A DNA stretch of 64,000 bases from Prevotellaceae bacterium UBA3627 (GCA_002373375.1 DFLE01000001.1:1970-65969); one strand, 5' to 3'; counted from the stretch's first letter, positions 9,746 to 20,263 are shown. Program-made: numbers and translations. The notes: generated from the sequence alone by a model not told the origin.

Positions 9746-10657
9746 TCAAAATAATACCGTTACCAGTGCCGGTATGGTAATCATGGATAGCAGGGTGGAG
9801 ATAAATGTCACCTCTGCCATGAAAGTGGTGTCTTTCTCATATTTCAGGCACAGTATGGTACCGTAGGTTGCCACGGGCATAGCCACCACTACTGTGTTCA
9901 CGTTGACTACGAAAGAGTCAAAGCCCATCAGCTGGGTAGCATAGAAGAGTGCCACGGGCAACAATAGCAATCTGAACAGTACGGTGATATATACGGTGCT
10001 GTTGCCCAGCATGGCGCGCTTAGGCAGTTGTGACATTGACGAGCCTACTATGAGCAGCGCGGCCGGCACGGTGATGTCGCCGAGCATAGACAACGGTTTG
10101 CTGACGTACTCTGGTATGTCGTCAATCCCAAGTGCTACGATGGCTATGGTGAGGTATGCGGCGAGCATAGGAGTGGAGTATAGCACTTTCTTCTGGAAAC
10201 GCTCGCTGCCCACCTCGCCTCTGCCTGTTATGAGCATGGTGCCTATTGTGAACACGGCGAAGGTGTTCACAACGTTGAGCACAGCGGCATAGAACACTGC
10301 CTCGTGCCCGAAGAGCGAGGCGACCACAGGGTATCCCATGAAACCTACATTGCCGAACATCATGGCGAAGCCTGCCGCTCCCGCGGTGTCGGCGTCTTTT
10401 GTAAACCATTTAGGCAGTGTATAAGCAACCAGCGTCAGTAGGGCGTATGTCACCACGCTGATGATAAGCAACGGCAGGATGAAACGGCGGTCGGGCAGTG
10501 TGCCTGTCATCGCCGACGACAATATGAGCGCCGGACAGGTGATATTGATGACAAGGCGTGACAATCGGCGGTCAAACTCTCCGTCAAGATAGCCCAGCTT
10601 GCCGCAGGCATATCCGGCGGCGACAAGCGCCAGCAGTGTTATCATAACGTTAATCAT
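9746..10657 (-). CDS. AEC (auxin efflux carrier) family transporter
   Basis: About 300 aa and highly hydrophobic; LSRLVINITCPALI, FGNVGFMGYPV, AMPVAT and STLLSMITIP motifs. Confidence 0.9.
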   Translation of the reverse strand: MINVMITLLALVAAGYACGKLGYLDGEFDRRLSRLVINITCPALILSSAMTGTLPDRRFILPLLIISVVTYALLTLVAYTLPKWFTKDADTAGAAGFAMMFGNVGFMGYPVVASLFGHEAVFYAAVLNVVNTFAVFTIGTMLITGRGEVGSERFQKKVLYSTPMLAAYLTIAIVALGIDDIPEYVSKPLSMLGDITVPAALLIVGSSMSQLPKRAMLGNSTVYITVLFRLLLLPVALFYATQLMGFDSFVVNVNTVVVAMPVATYGTILCLKYEKDTTFMAEVTFISTLLSMITIPALVTVLF

Positions 10658-10661
10658 GGTG

Positions 10662-10669
10662 CAAAGTTA
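10662..10669 (-). promoter_or_regulatory. -7 promoter element (TAACTTTG) 4 nt from the AEC start codon
   Basis: TAnnTTTG match on the minus strand. Confidence 0.6.
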
Positions 10670-10698
10670 CTAATATTTCCTGATATGTCAAAGAAAAC

Positions 10699-10737
10699 AA
10701 TATGGGATGCGCCCTAATTCTTGACGCATCCCATATT
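10699..10737 (-). terminator. Stem-loop after the pectate lyase gene
   Basis: AATATGGGATGCG...CGCATCCCATATT, a 13 bp inverted repeat. Confidence 0.7.
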
Positions 10738-10765
10738 TTCGTTCTATATCAGTACTTATTAACAC

Positions 10766-13700
10766 TTATTCCTCTAACAGGAATTTCTTTCCGTTTTGTA
10801 TGTATAACTGGCCTTTCTTAGGTGTGGCGACACGTCGTCCTGTGAGGTCATAGATATACGTGTTTGTTGGTTTTGCCTGTGCCTCGCTTACGGTGACTAC
10901 CGCCGTGCTCTCAGCCGCGCGCATTACTGTAAGTGCGGTGATGCAGGTGCTGGTGTTTCCTTCGCGACCCAGTATAAGGCTGTCACAGTCCTGTGTCAGT
11001 ATGAGCAACTGCTCCACAGGTACAGTCTTCTTGTCATTGGTGTTGACGAACTTCTCTGTAAGGAAAAGTTCCTCCGTTCCATAGAATATCTTGACTGCGG
11101 CATTCTTCGTGCTGCTGTTGTTGTAGCATCCTGTGATGTGCAGTGTGTCGCCTGCGAGGAACTTGCCCTCCTTTGGCTTTATCACCATGCAGTAGTCTGG
11201 CTTCACCGTCAGCGTGTCGCTGAAGCTTATCGTCTTGCCGAGTTTCACGCAGGCTGTTGACTTATTGAGAATCTTCACTGTTGACTCGGTAACGTAGCCT
11301 GATGCATAGACGCTTACATACTGTGTACTGCCCACATTGCCGCTCCAGTCATATACTGTCACAGGCTCGCTCGCAGGCTCGTCAATCGGTTGTGGGTCGT
11401 CGCCCGGTTGTGGGTCGTCGCCTGGCTCACCACTCTCACCACCTTCATCGGCGGCTGCAGCGTTTGGTGTCCATGTGATGGTCTTGAAGTATGACTTGGT
11501 GTCCATCAGCAGGTAGTATGTGGCTGAGGCACTCAGTTTGCTGAGCGTAACGCTTGGCGCGTCGCCGTCAAGCGTGGCAATGGCAGTTGCACCACTCTCA
11601 ACGGATGTCGTGACCTTAACCTCGTTGGCCTGGTCGCCGAAGTTGATGCTCAGCGTGCCTGAGCCTGATACCTTAGGCAGTCTGAAGTAACGGTTTGGTG
11701 ATGTGCCGTATTTGGTTGCACCGCCCATCTTCATCTGCTTGTTGTTCTCAATCTTGCAGTTGCCGCCAGCCACGTATGTGAGCTCGGTGTTGGTACCGTC
11801 GGTACTTACGAACACGTTGGTGGCATTGTCAGAGAACGAACCGCTCTCGGTGTATGTGGCACTGGTGAGGTTCCATGTCACAGGGTCGAGTGACGGCACT
11901 GGTATCACCGTCACGCTGACCTTTGCTGAGTCAGCCTTGTACTCCTCGTTACCTGCCGCATAGACTGTGATTACAGCCTCGCCGCCGCTGATGGCCCTGA
12001 TGGTGCCGTCTGTCACAGTGGCTATCTTCTCATTGCTTGATGCGTATGTCACGGCACCCTGTGCGCCTGTCACGTTGAGTGCTGCGGTCACAGCCTTCTC
12101 CATCTCAATCTCAACACTCGTGGGGTCAACAGAGAGTGTGTTAGTCTTGCGGGCATCGGTCACGATGATTGTTACGTTCACCACACCAGCCTTGACATTG
12201 ACGTCGCCCTCGTCGGTCACGGCAATGGCTGTCTCGCCCTCTGCCACGGCGGTAACGTTGCCTTCCGCGTCAACAGTAGCGATGGTCTCGTCAGATGATG
12301 TGTAGGTCACCGTTCCGACGGCATTGGCAGGCGTGATCTTCTTGCTCGTGCCGCGCTCTATGGTTATCTCCTCGTCAGCAGAGAGGGATGACGCCTCACG
12401 CTGGTCAGGCACAGTCACCGTCACCACGTCAGATGCCGGACGACGGTACTCTGAACCGGGGTCTGTAACGGTAATCTTCGCCGTTCCGTAGCCTACGGCT
12501 TTGATGGTGGTGCCGCTTACCACCTCAACTATTGACGGTGCGCCTGATGTAGCCGTCACGCCGCCGTTGGAGCAACTGTATGGAATACCTAACTGGTCGC
12601 CTAATGGCAGTGTGATGTTGTGTGCGGCTACTCTCAGGTCTGAGTCATCGCGGTCGTCGGTCACGGTTACTTTTATCTTCAGCGTGCCGCCGTTGCGGGT
12701 GTCGTCGTTCTTCTGTGTCAGCGTGATGGTGGTGTTACCCTCTGCCACCGGTGTTATCTTGCCGTTCTCGTCGATGGTGGCAACCTTTGTCGCGCTTGAC
12801 TTGAAGGTGATGTCGCCCGTGCATGAGGTTGTGTAGTCGGTACCCTTGGTCAGTGTGTATGTGTCGCTGATTTTCACCGCCAGCGTGCCGTCGATGAGCG
12901 ATGTGAGGTCAGACTCCTGTAACAGGGTATAGAGCTTCACACCCTGCACGTCGCGCGTGCTGCTGCTGTTGTTTACTATCCTTACATACTTCACGCTGGC
13001 ATCGGTGCCGGTGTATATCACGTTAGGGTGAGTGGCTGACTTGCCGGTTATCACGCTGCCAAACTTGGTGAACGTCTTACCGTCAGTACTTGTGTATAGC
13101 TGCCATGACTGGTCGCCTGCTGACGATACATAGAAAGCGGCGGTGGCTATGCCGGCCTCGTTGTGCAGCGTTACGCTCTCATTATTGGTGAGGCGTATGG
13201 AGCCTTTATAGTCAGAGCAAAGGGTGTTGTCGCTCTTCTTTATCTCAAATGTCGGGTTGAACGTAGCTGCTGTGCTGAGTATTATCTCCTTGCTTTCCTT
13301 GTATGCGTCAAGCTGCGCGGCATTGTCTTCGTTGAACCAGAACCATGCGCCGTCTTCGCCTATCACCTGCTTGCCGCTGGCTACAGCTGTGCCGCCGCCG
13401 CTGACCCATGACGGAGTGTAGTCGTCGTTCTGCTCCTGGTCAAGCCCCTTGCCGTCGCCGCTGTCAACTGTCGTTGCGGCAGGTGTGCGGTCGCTCAGTT
13501 TCGTGCCGTCACCGAGGCTCTCCACAGTGCCCTCGTATGCCACGACGGCCGCCTTCAGCTCAGATATAACGCCGTAGTTCTCATCTTGCAGAGAGTTGTT
13601 GAACGTCCACTTGAAGTCACCGCCGTCCATGCGGCCGGCACCCAGTCCCTCGCGTCCGGCAAAGTCGCCGCGCACTATGGCTGGTATGTCCTCAGGGTCA

Positions 13701-15115
13701 TCCATGTTGTTCTCTACGTAGGTGGTACGTGCCGCGAGGTCTGCGGCGTTGTTATAGCCCGTGCCGCCGGTAAGGCAGGTTACGGTCACCTCGTCGCCAC
13801 GGTTGTCCACCTCCACCGCGTCCCACTTGCCGTCGGTCTGCTCGCCGTCATATATCTGCACCTTGCGCGGATTGACGAATGTGTTGTTGAATATCTTTAT
13901 CACGCCGCCGTTCTCGCCTGAGAAAGTGCCGTCGCCCTCAGCGTCTGTTCCCTGCTTTGAGATAAGCACAGGGTACTTACAGTTGCGGAAGTAATTGTTC
14001 TCCACGAATGAGGAACCGCCGCAGGTTACGCCCACACCATACTTTGAGTTGCCGTCGAAGTAGTTGTTATATACATGATAGAAGGCTGTGCGTATGCGTG
14101 GATGACGTGAGTCTGAGTGATCATACCAGTTGTGGTGGAAGGTCATCCAGCAGTCGGTTGACTCACTCATGCCGGCAAGGTTACATTTGCCTGAGTCCCA
14201 GAAGTGGCAGTAAGACATGGTGATGTGGCTTGACTTGCCCTTGATGTCAACGGAGCCGTCGCCCTTTGCCTGGTCAGCGTCAGAGCCTGTGCCGCCGTAG
14301 AATATGTCCATATTGTGTATCCACAGGTTATGGTTGTTGGTGTCAACGCTGATACCGTCGTCCATGAAGAGCATTACGCCGAAGTTACGGAACTCCACTG
14401 ACTTGGCGTTTCTCACGAGGAAGCCGAAACCGTGTACTGCTGCGTCGCTGCCGATACCCTCGATAGTGATGTTCATGTCTGTAGAGCCGCTCTTGCCCTT
14501 TATCTGTATGCCTTCGTTTGAAGCAAAACTGTCAATGTCAGCGGCTTTCACCGTGCCTACTATGCGCACGCAGAGCGGACGGTCCTCGCCGCCTCCCTCG
14601 TATGCTGCGAGTATGGCTTGTATGCCTGTATATTCCGTCTCTTTGCCGCCTTTCTTCACTCCGAGCGTAACGGTCTTCGCCGTTTTTGCCGTAAGGTATA
14701 ATATACGCGTATTTTCTTTCAGCGTGCCGTCGTTCTTGTATGCGCCGATACCTTCTGTCATGCCTATGTGTGCAAAGCCTGAGCGGTCGTGCGGAGCTGC
14801 GTAGAAGATGTCAGACTCAGCTTCGCCGCTGGTGCTTGATACCACCTTGAACTGGTAGTTGCCGGCCTTCAGTCCCACCATGTCGGCACGACCGTAGTCA
14901 CTGTAAAGACGAACAAGCTCCTTGTCCATCTGCGTATAGGTGCCGCCCTGTGGACGGTAATACACCGTGTAGGTGGCTCCTGTCTCACGTTCCCATGTGA
15001 CATAGCCACTTTCAAACCATCCCTTTGTCGTCTGGATGGAAACAGCGCTTGCTGTGAGAGTACACGATAGTAGTGCAATCATCAGCAAAGCCAATGTGTG
15101 TAATGTTTTTTTCAT
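10766..15115 (-). CDS. Secreted PL1 pectate lyase with multiple Big_2 Ig-like repeats and T9SS-type C-terminus
   Basis: PL1 motifs DDGISV, WIHNMDIFYG, GDGSVDIK and TFHHNWYDHSDSRHPRIR...HVYNNYF; repeated YTSSDETIATVD; GDDPQP linker; C-terminal IYDLTGRRV...LYIQNGKK. Confidence 0.9.
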   Translation of the reverse strand: MKKTLHTLALLMIALLSCTLTASAVSIQTTKGWFESGYVTWERETGATYTVYYRPQGGTYTQMDKELVRLYSDYGRADMVGLKAGNYQFKVVSSTSGEAESDIFYAAPHDRSGFAHIGMTEGIGAYKNDGTLKENTRILYLTAKTAKTVTLGVKKGGKETEYTGIQAILAAYEGGGEDRPLCVRIVGTVKAADIDSFASNEGIQIKGKSGSTDMNITIEGIGSDAAVHGFGFLVRNAKSVEFRNFGVMLFMDDGISVDTNNHNLWIHNMDIFYGGTGSDADQAKGDGSVDIKGKSSHITMSYCHFWDSGKCNLAGMSESTDCWMTFHHNWYDHSDSRHPRIRTAFYHVYNNYFDGNSKYGVGVTCGGSSFVENNYFRNCKYPVLISKQGTDAEGDGTFSGENGGVIKIFNNTFVNPRKVQIYDGEQTDGKWDAVEVDNRGDEVTVTCLTGGTGYNNAADLAARTTYVENNMDDPEDIPAIVRGDFAGREGLGAGRMDGGDFKWTFNNSLQDENYGVISELKAAVVAYEGTVESLGDGTKLSDRTPAATTVDSGDGKGLDQEQNDDYTPSWVSGGGTAVASGKQVIGEDGAWFWFNEDNAAQLDAYKESKEIILSTAATFNPTFEIKKSDNTLCSDYKGSIRLTNNESVTLHNEAGIATAAFYVSSAGDQSWQLYTSTDGKTFTKFGSVITGKSATHPNVIYTGTDASVKYVRIVNNSSSTRDVQGVKLYTLLQESDLTSLIDGTLAVKISDTYTLTKGTDYTTSCTGDITFKSSATKVATIDENGKITPVAEGNTTITLTQKNDDTRNGGTLKIKVTVTDDRDDSDLRVAAHNITLPLGDQLGIPYSCSNGGVTATSGAPSIVEVVSGTTIKAVGYGTAKITVTDPGSEYRRPASDVVTVTVPDQREASSLSADEEITIERGTSKKITPANAVGTVTYTSSDETIATVDAEGNVTAVAEGETAIAVTDEGDVNVKAGVVNVTIIVTDARKTNTLSVDPTSVEIEMEKAVTAALNVTGAQGAVTYASSNEKIATVTDGTIRAISGGEAVITVYAAGNEEYKADSAKVSVTVIPVPSLDPVTWNLTSATYTESGSFSDNATNVFVSTDGTNTELTYVAGGNCKIENNKQMKMGGATKYGTSPNRYFRLPKVSGSGTLSINFGDQANEVKVTTSVESGATAIATLDGDAPSVTLSKLSASATYYLLMDTKSYFKTITWTPNAAAADEGGESGEPGDDPQPGDDPQPIDEPASEPVTVYDWSGNVGSTQYVSVYASGYVTESTVKILNKSTACVKLGKTISFSDTLTVKPDYCMVIKPKEGKFLAGDTLHITGCYNNSSTKNAAVKIFYGTEELFLTEKFVNTNDKKTVPVEQLLILTQDCDSLILGREGNTSTCITALTVMRAAESTAVVTVSEAQAKPTNTYIYDLTGRRVATPKKGQLYIQNGKKFLLEE

Positions 15116-15445
15116 AGTTGGTTTTAGTGAATGTATTAGTTAGCTAAAATTTTATTTAAGTCTTGTATTGCATAGGATTAGCCTCTCTCACGTCACTCCT
15201 TTATCTCTTTTCTCCTTCTACTCCAATTTGTAAAGTTACGTATTTTTTTTATAATAAAAAAAGTTTGTTATGTTTTTTAAGTATAATTAAGTGAGAGACA
15301 ACAAGAAAATGCCAAATAACAGACAAAAGTGTGTGCTTTAGGGAAATACAGACTTGCATAATTCTTCTTTCTCCCTCTTTCCTCCTCGTTCCTTCTTTCT
15401 TATAGTTATCTTTATCTTCGTTTCCGTTTTCGTTCCCATCAACTT

Positions 15446-15477
15446 CCCTCCCTCACAGGGAGGGTTAGGGAGGGTCT
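15446..15477. repeat. CCCTCCCT-cac-AGGGAGGG...GGGAGGGTCT palindromic intergenic repeat
   Basis: Near-identical copies start at 18618 and 18655. Confidence 0.8.
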
Positions 15478-15500
15478 GTTTTTCGTTTTCGTTCAATGAA

Positions 15501-15534
15501 AAATGCTCACTGACGTCTCCGTCGGTGAGCATTT
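15501..15534 (-). terminator. Stem-loop after asnS
   Basis: AAATGCTCACTGACG-tctc-CGTCGGTGAGCATTT hairpin. Confidence 0.7.
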
Positions 15535-15561
15535 ATATATGTACGGCTTGATAGCCTTTGC

Positions 15562-17001
15562 TTAGAACTCTGCATTGTTAGGGGTACGTGGGAATGGTAT
15601 CACGTCACGTATGTTCTGCATACCTGTCACAAACAGTATCAGACGCTCGAAGCCCAGGCCGAAACCGGCGTGTGGGCATGAACCGTATTTGCGTGTGTCA
15701 AGGTACCACCACAGGTGTGTGGTGTCCATCTTGCGACGCTCTATCTCGCCCATCAGCTTGCCATAGCTCTCCTCACGCACTGAGCCACCCATTATCTCGC
15801 CTATCTGAGGGAACAGCACGTCGGTACCCTGCATAGTAGGACCAGGTGCTACGCAACCCTTGTAACCAACGGAGCCGCCCTCGGCGGTAGCCTCGTTCTG
15901 CTTCATGTAGAAAGACTTGATGGCAGTAGGGTAGTCGGTCATGATGACTGGCTTCTTGAAGTGTTCCTCTACGAGGTAGCGCTCGTGCTCAGAAGCAAGG
16001 TCGTCGCCCCAGTCGCAAGGGAACTCAAACTCCTTGCCGTTCTTCTTTGCCTTCTGCAGTATCTTGATGCCCTCGGTGTAAGGCAGACGTACGAAGTTCT
16101 CCTTCAGTACACCCTCAAGACGCTCCAGCAGTCCCTTGTCTATCATCTTGTTGAGGAACTCAAGGTCGTCCTTGCAGTTTGTCAGTGCCCAGCGTACGCA
16201 GTACTTTATGAAGTCCTCCTCCAAGTCCATCAGTTCCTCCTGATCCATAAAGGCTATCTCTGGCTCTATCATCCAGAACTCAGCCAGATGGCGTGGGGTG
16301 TTAGAGTTCTCCGCGCGGAACGTAGGACCGAAGGTGTATATCGCGCCAAGTGCGGTAGCACCGAGCTCACCCTCCAGCTGTCCTGACACTGTCAGTGAAG
16401 TCTGCTGTCCGAAGAAATCGTCAGAGTAGTCAATCTTGCCCTCGGCATCTTTCTTCAGGTTATAGAGGTTCTTTGTTGTTACCTGGAACATGTTGCCTGC
16501 TCCCTCGCAGTCACTGGCTGTGATGAGTGGTGTGTGGAAGTAGAAATAGCCGTGCTCATGGAAGTAGGTGTGTATGGCAATAGCCATGTTATGGCGTATG
16601 CGCATGATGGCACCGAAGGTATTGGTGCGCAGACGCATATGAGCGTGCTGGCGCATATACTCAAAAGACTGTCCCTTCTTCTGCATAGGGTAGTCAGCGC
16701 CGCAGGTGCCATACACCTCTAATGTATCAGCCTGTATCTCGCAGGTCTGACCTGCTCCCTGGCTCTCCACCAGCATACCGGTGGCGTGGATACATGCGCC
16801 TGTGGTTATCTGCTTGAGCATCTCTGCATCAAACTTGCTCGGGTCAACTACAATCTGTATGTTCTTTATTGTAGAGCCGTCGTTCAGTGCGATGAAGTCC
16901 ACTGCCTTGCTTGAACGGTGCGTGCGCACCCATCCCTTCACGTCTATTTCCTCGCCGAAGACTGTCTTGGCAAGGGCATCTACTATCTTTGTACGTTTCA
17001 C
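15562..17001 (-). CDS. asnS: Asparagine--tRNA ligase (probable GTG start at 17001; ORF track extends to 17028)
   Basis: [39 protein letters not shown] and GFGLGFERL...[10 protein letters not shown] motifs. Confidence 0.97.
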   Translation of the reverse strand: MKRTKIVDALAKTVFGEEIDVKGWVRTHRSSKAVDFIALNDGSTIKNIQIVVDPSKFDAEMLKQITTGACIHATGMLVESQGAGQTCEIQADTLEVYGTCGADYPMQKKGQSFEYMRQHAHMRLRTNTFGAIMRIRHNMAIAIHTYFHEHGYFYFHTPLITASDCEGAGNMFQVTTKNLYNLKKDAEGKIDYSDDFFGQQTSLTVSGQLEGELGATALGAIYTFGPTFRAENSNTPRHLAEFWMIEPEIAFMDQEELMDLEEDFIKYCVRWALTNCKDDLEFLNKMIDKGLLERLEGVLKENFVRLPYTEGIKILQKAKKNGKEFEFPCDWGDDLASEHERYLVEEHFKKPVIMTDYPTAIKSFYMKQNEATAEGGSVGYKGCVAPGPTMQGTDVLFPQIGEIMGGSVREESYGKLMGEIERRKMDTTHLWWYLDTRKYGSCPHAGFGLGFERLILFVTGMQNIRDVIPFPRTPNNAEF

Positions 17002-17059
17002 GTGTGTGTTATGTGTTATGATACCCATCCCATCCTTCCCATAGAAGAACGGGATAGGC

Positions 17060-17115
17060 TTATTAATTATTAATCGTTAATTATTAATTATGCATTATGC
17101 ATTATTAATTATGCA
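17060..17115. repeat. Heptamer tandem repeat (TTATTAA/TTATGCA) x8
   Basis: Read directly; abuts the stop codon of the pseudouridine synthase. Confidence 0.8.
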
Positions 17116-18498
17116 TTATTCAAACGCTCCCATTCTCAGCATGTCCACCTCTTTCTCGGTGAGGAAGCGCCAGTCGCCGCGGCGCAGGTTCTTCTTTGTC
17201 AGTCCGGCAAACTGTACGCGGTCGAGCTTTGTCACATGATAGCCCAGTGACTCGAATATGCGCCTTACGATACGGTTGCGGCCAGAGTGAATCTCTATGC
17301 CTACCTGCTTCTTGTCGGTAGCGTGTGCATACTCTATCGCGTCAGCCTTTATCTCGCCGTCGTCAAGCTGTATGCCTTCTGCTATCTGGCGCATGTCTGC
17401 CAGTGTCACGTTCTTGTCAAGGAATACATGATATACCTTTTTCTTCAAGAACTTAGGGTGTGTAAGCTTAGATGCCAAGTCGCCGTCGTTTGTGAGCAGC
17501 AATACACCGGTGGTGTTGCGGTCCAGTCGGCCTACAGGGTATATACGCTCCGGACATGCACCCTTCACGAGGTCCATCACCGTCTTGCGCTGCTGTGGGT
17601 CGTCGCTGGTAGTCACATAGTCCTTCGGCTTGTTGAGAAGCACATATACCTTCTTCTCCAATGTGACGGGCTGGTCATGGAACTTCACCTCGTCGGTACG
17701 CATTATCTTGGTGCCGAGCTCAGTTACCACCTGTCCGTTTACTGTCACTACGCCTGCCTCTATGAAGTCGTCAGCCTCACGACGGCTGCATACGCCGGCG
17801 TTGGCGAGGAACTTGTTGAGACGTACTGGCTGTGTTGGGTCAATGTTGTTCTCGTTGTATTCTATGCGTTTCTTCATGGAGTACTTAGCCTGCGGGTCGT
17901 AGTCGGCAGTGTGCTGACGACGCTGTGGACCATATCCGCCACGCTGTCCGTAGCCACCTCTCTGCTGACCGTAGCCACCACGGTTGTTATATCCGCCGCG
18001 CTGCTGACCGTAGCCGCCTCTCTGCTGACCGTAGCCGCCGCGGTTGTTATAACCGCCGCGCTGCTGACCGTAGCCACCTCTCTGCTGGTAGCCACCCTCC
18101 TGCTGCTCGCCGTCGTTATTGTAACTGCGGTATGGGCGCTGCTGACCGTAGCCACCACGGTTGTTATATCCGCCGCGCTGCTGGTACCCGCCGCGCTGTT
18201 GGCCGTAGCCACCGCGATTGTTATATCCGCCACGTGGCTGATAGCCTCTGTCTTCGTTGTTCAGAGCAGCTCCGAATCCTTCAGGACGGAAACCGCCCTC
18301 ATCGTTGTTTCTGCCATATCCGTTACGTTGTGGGTATGACGCACGCTCGCCGTAAGCCGGACGCTGTACGGGGATGCGCATACGCTGACGTGGCTGACGT
18401 GGCTGGTAGCCGTCTGTTCCTTGATTGTTACCTTGTCCCTCGCGGGTGCTCTCATTTCTTGCAGAGTTCATCTGCTGTTCTTCATCTCTGGTTTCCAT
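17116..18498 (-). CDS. rluB: rRNA pseudouridine synthase (RsuA/RluB family) with long RGG/YG-rich low-complexity N-terminus
   Basis: S4 domain RLNKFLANAGVCSRREAD, LLNKPK, catalytic VGRLDRNTTG, and GRNRIVRR; GGYNNR/GGYGQQR repeats at the N-terminus. Confidence 0.85.
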   Translation of the reverse strand: METRDEEQQMNSARNESTREGQGNNQGTDGYQPRQPRQRMRIPVQRPAYGERASYPQRNGYGRNNDEGGFRPEGFGAALNNEDRGYQPRGGYNNRGGYGQQRGGYQQRGGYNNRGGYGQQRPYRSYNNDGEQQEGGYQQRGGYGQQRGGYNNRGGYGQQRGGYGQQRGGYNNRGGYGQQRGGYGQRGGYGPQRRQHTADYDPQAKYSMKKRIEYNENNIDPTQPVRLNKFLANAGVCSRREADDFIEAGVVTVNGQVVTELGTKIMRTDEVKFHDQPVTLEKKVYVLLNKPKDYVTTSDDPQQRKTVMDLVKGACPERIYPVGRLDRNTTGVLLLTNDGDLASKLTHPKFLKKKVYHVFLDKNVTLADMRQIAEGIQLDDGEIKADAIEYAHATDKKQVGIEIHSGRNRIVRRIFESLGYHVTKLDRVQFAGLTKKNLRRGDWRFLTEKEVDMLRMGAFE

Positions 18499-18617
18499 TG
18501 TGTAGATAATGCCTTTTTACTTTTTGATGTGTTATATATAAATAATGTGTAATTACGACCTCACGGTCGTCTTAGTTCTTGTTCTTGTCTTCGTTTACTT
18601 TCCTTTTCGTTAAGTCC

Positions 18618-18685
18618 CCCTCCCTCGCAGGGAGGGTCGGGGAGGGTCTCTTTTCCTCCCTCACAGGGAGGGTCGGGGAGGGTCT
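18618..18685. repeat. Two tandem copies of the CCTCCCT-c(a/g)c-AGGGAGGGTCGGGGAGGGTCT repeat
   Basis: Read directly; matches 15446-15477. Confidence 0.8.
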
Positions 18686-18700
18686 GTCTCGTATGTCTCC

Positions 18701-18783
18701 GTGAAAGCTATCACTTCTCCTCCTGAAAGCTATGCTTTCACGCTGTAAAAGCTATGCTTTCATGGTGTAAAAGCTATGCTTTC
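18701..18783. repeat. Four phased 22 bp repeats with core AAAGCTATGCTTT
   Basis: AAAGCTAT starts at 18704, 18726, 18748 and 18770. Confidence 0.85.
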
Positions 18784-18828
18784 TCAGAGCCCCTCTTAAG
18801 CGTTTGGTTTCCAGAATGTTGCAAACTA

Positions 18829-20196
18829 CTAAATTCCGGTATAGTTAGATGGCGTGATAGCCATCAGTTCGGCCTTCACTTTCTCGCTTACATCAAGTCC
18901 TTTCACAAACTCATGTATGGTCTCCTCGTCCATGTGCTTGTTTGTACGAGTCAGGGCCTTCAGCGCCTCGTATGGGTGTGGGTATGCCTCGCGGCGCAGT
19001 ATGGTCTGGATGGCCTCTGCTACTACTGCCCATGTGTTGTCAAGGTCACGCTGCAGCGCCTCCTGGTTCAGTATCAGCTTGCGCAGTCCTTTCAGTGTGC
19101 TCTGTATGGCTATTACGCCGTGGCCAAGAGGTACGCCGATGTTACGTAATACTGTAGAGTCTGTAAGGTCACGCTGCAAACGGCTCACCGGCAACTTCTG
19201 TGCCAGGAACTGCAGTATGGCATTGGCTATGCCGAGGTTGCCCTCTGAGTTCTCGAAGTCTATCGGGTTTACCTTATGAGGCATGGCACTTGAACCTACC
19301 TCGCCAGCCTTAATCTTCTGTTTGAAATACTCCATAGAGATGTACATCCAGAAGTCGCGGTCAAGGTCTATTATTATAGTGTTGATGCGACGTACGGCAT
19401 CAAAGATACTGCCCAGGTGGTCATAGTTGGATATCTGCGTGGTGTACTGCTCGCGCTGTAAACCTAACTTCTCGCCAACGAACTTGTTGCCAAACTCACA
19501 CCAGTCATACTCTGGGTATGCCACGTGGTGGGCGTTGAAGTTACCCGTGGCACCACCGAATTTCGCTGTGTACTTGCACTCACGCAGAGTCTGCAGTTGC
19601 TCCTCCAGTCTGTAAACGAACACCATTACTTCCTTGCCCAGACGGGTAGGCGATGCTGGTTGGCCGTGTGTCTTGGCAAGCATTGGCACGTCTTTCCATT
19701 CCTCAGCATATTCCTTCAGCTGGCTTATCAGCTCCTCCACCTGTGGTATATAGACCTCAGCAAGAGCCTCCTTAACAGAGAGAGGTACGCTGGTGTTGTT
19801 GATGTCCTGTGATGTCAGACCGAAATGGATGAACTCACGGCTCTCGGCAAAGTAACCCTCGCCAAGTCCTGACTGCTCCATCTCGTCCAGCTTCTCCTTG
19901 ATGAAATATTCCACCGCCTTCACGTCGTGGTTAGTTACCTTTTCTATGTCCTTCACGCGCTGTGCGTCCTGCTCCGTGAAGTCTGTGTATATGCTGCGCA
20001 AACGAGCAAACAGCGAATGGTCAAAGTCCTTCAGCTGTGGCAGGGGTAACTCACATAACGTAATGAAATACTCTATCTCCACGCGTACACGGTAGCGTAT
20101 CAGAGCATACTCAGAGAAATAGGCAGCCAGAGCGTCTGTCTTGCTGCGATAGCGACCATCTATTGGAGAGATGGCGGTAAGTAGGTCAAGGTTCAT
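18829..20196 (-). CDS. purB: Adenylosuccinate lyase
   Basis: AISPIDGRY, TNHDVKAVEY, HFGLTSQD and GSSAMPHKVNPIDFENSEGN signatures. Confidence 0.98.
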   Translation of the reverse strand: MNLDLLTAISPIDGRYRSKTDALAAYFSEYALIRYRVRVEIEYFITLCELPLPQLKDFDHSLFARLRSIYTDFTEQDAQRVKDIEKVTNHDVKAVEYFIKEKLDEMEQSGLGEGYFAESREFIHFGLTSQDINNTSVPLSVKEALAEVYIPQVEELISQLKEYAEEWKDVPMLAKTHGQPASPTRLGKEVMVFVYRLEEQLQTLRECKYTAKFGGATGNFNAHHVAYPEYDWCEFGNKFVGEKLGLQREQYTTQISNYDHLGSIFDAVRRINTIIIDLDRDFWMYISMEYFKQKIKAGEVGSSAMPHKVNPIDFENSEGNLGIANAILQFLAQKLPVSRLQRDLTDSTVLRNIGVPLGHGVIAIQSTLKGLRKLILNQEALQRDLDNTWAVVAEAIQTILRREAYPHPYEALKALTRTNKHMDEETIHEFVKGLDVSEKVKAELMAITPSNYTGI

Positions 20197-20255
20197 CTAT
20201 TCTGTTTCCTTATTTTTTGTTATATAACGTGTTAATGTCTTTTCGGTTTCCAGTG

Positions 20256-20263
20256 CAAAGTTA
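20256..20263 (-). promoter_or_regulatory. -7 promoter element for purB(-rluB-asnS)
   Basis: TAACTTTG on the minus strand about 60 nt upstream of purB. Confidence 0.6.

Noticed and set aside
17287-18509. 350 aa and 194 aa plus-strand ORFs
   Set aside because: Antisense shadows of the repeat-rich pseudouridine synthase gene.
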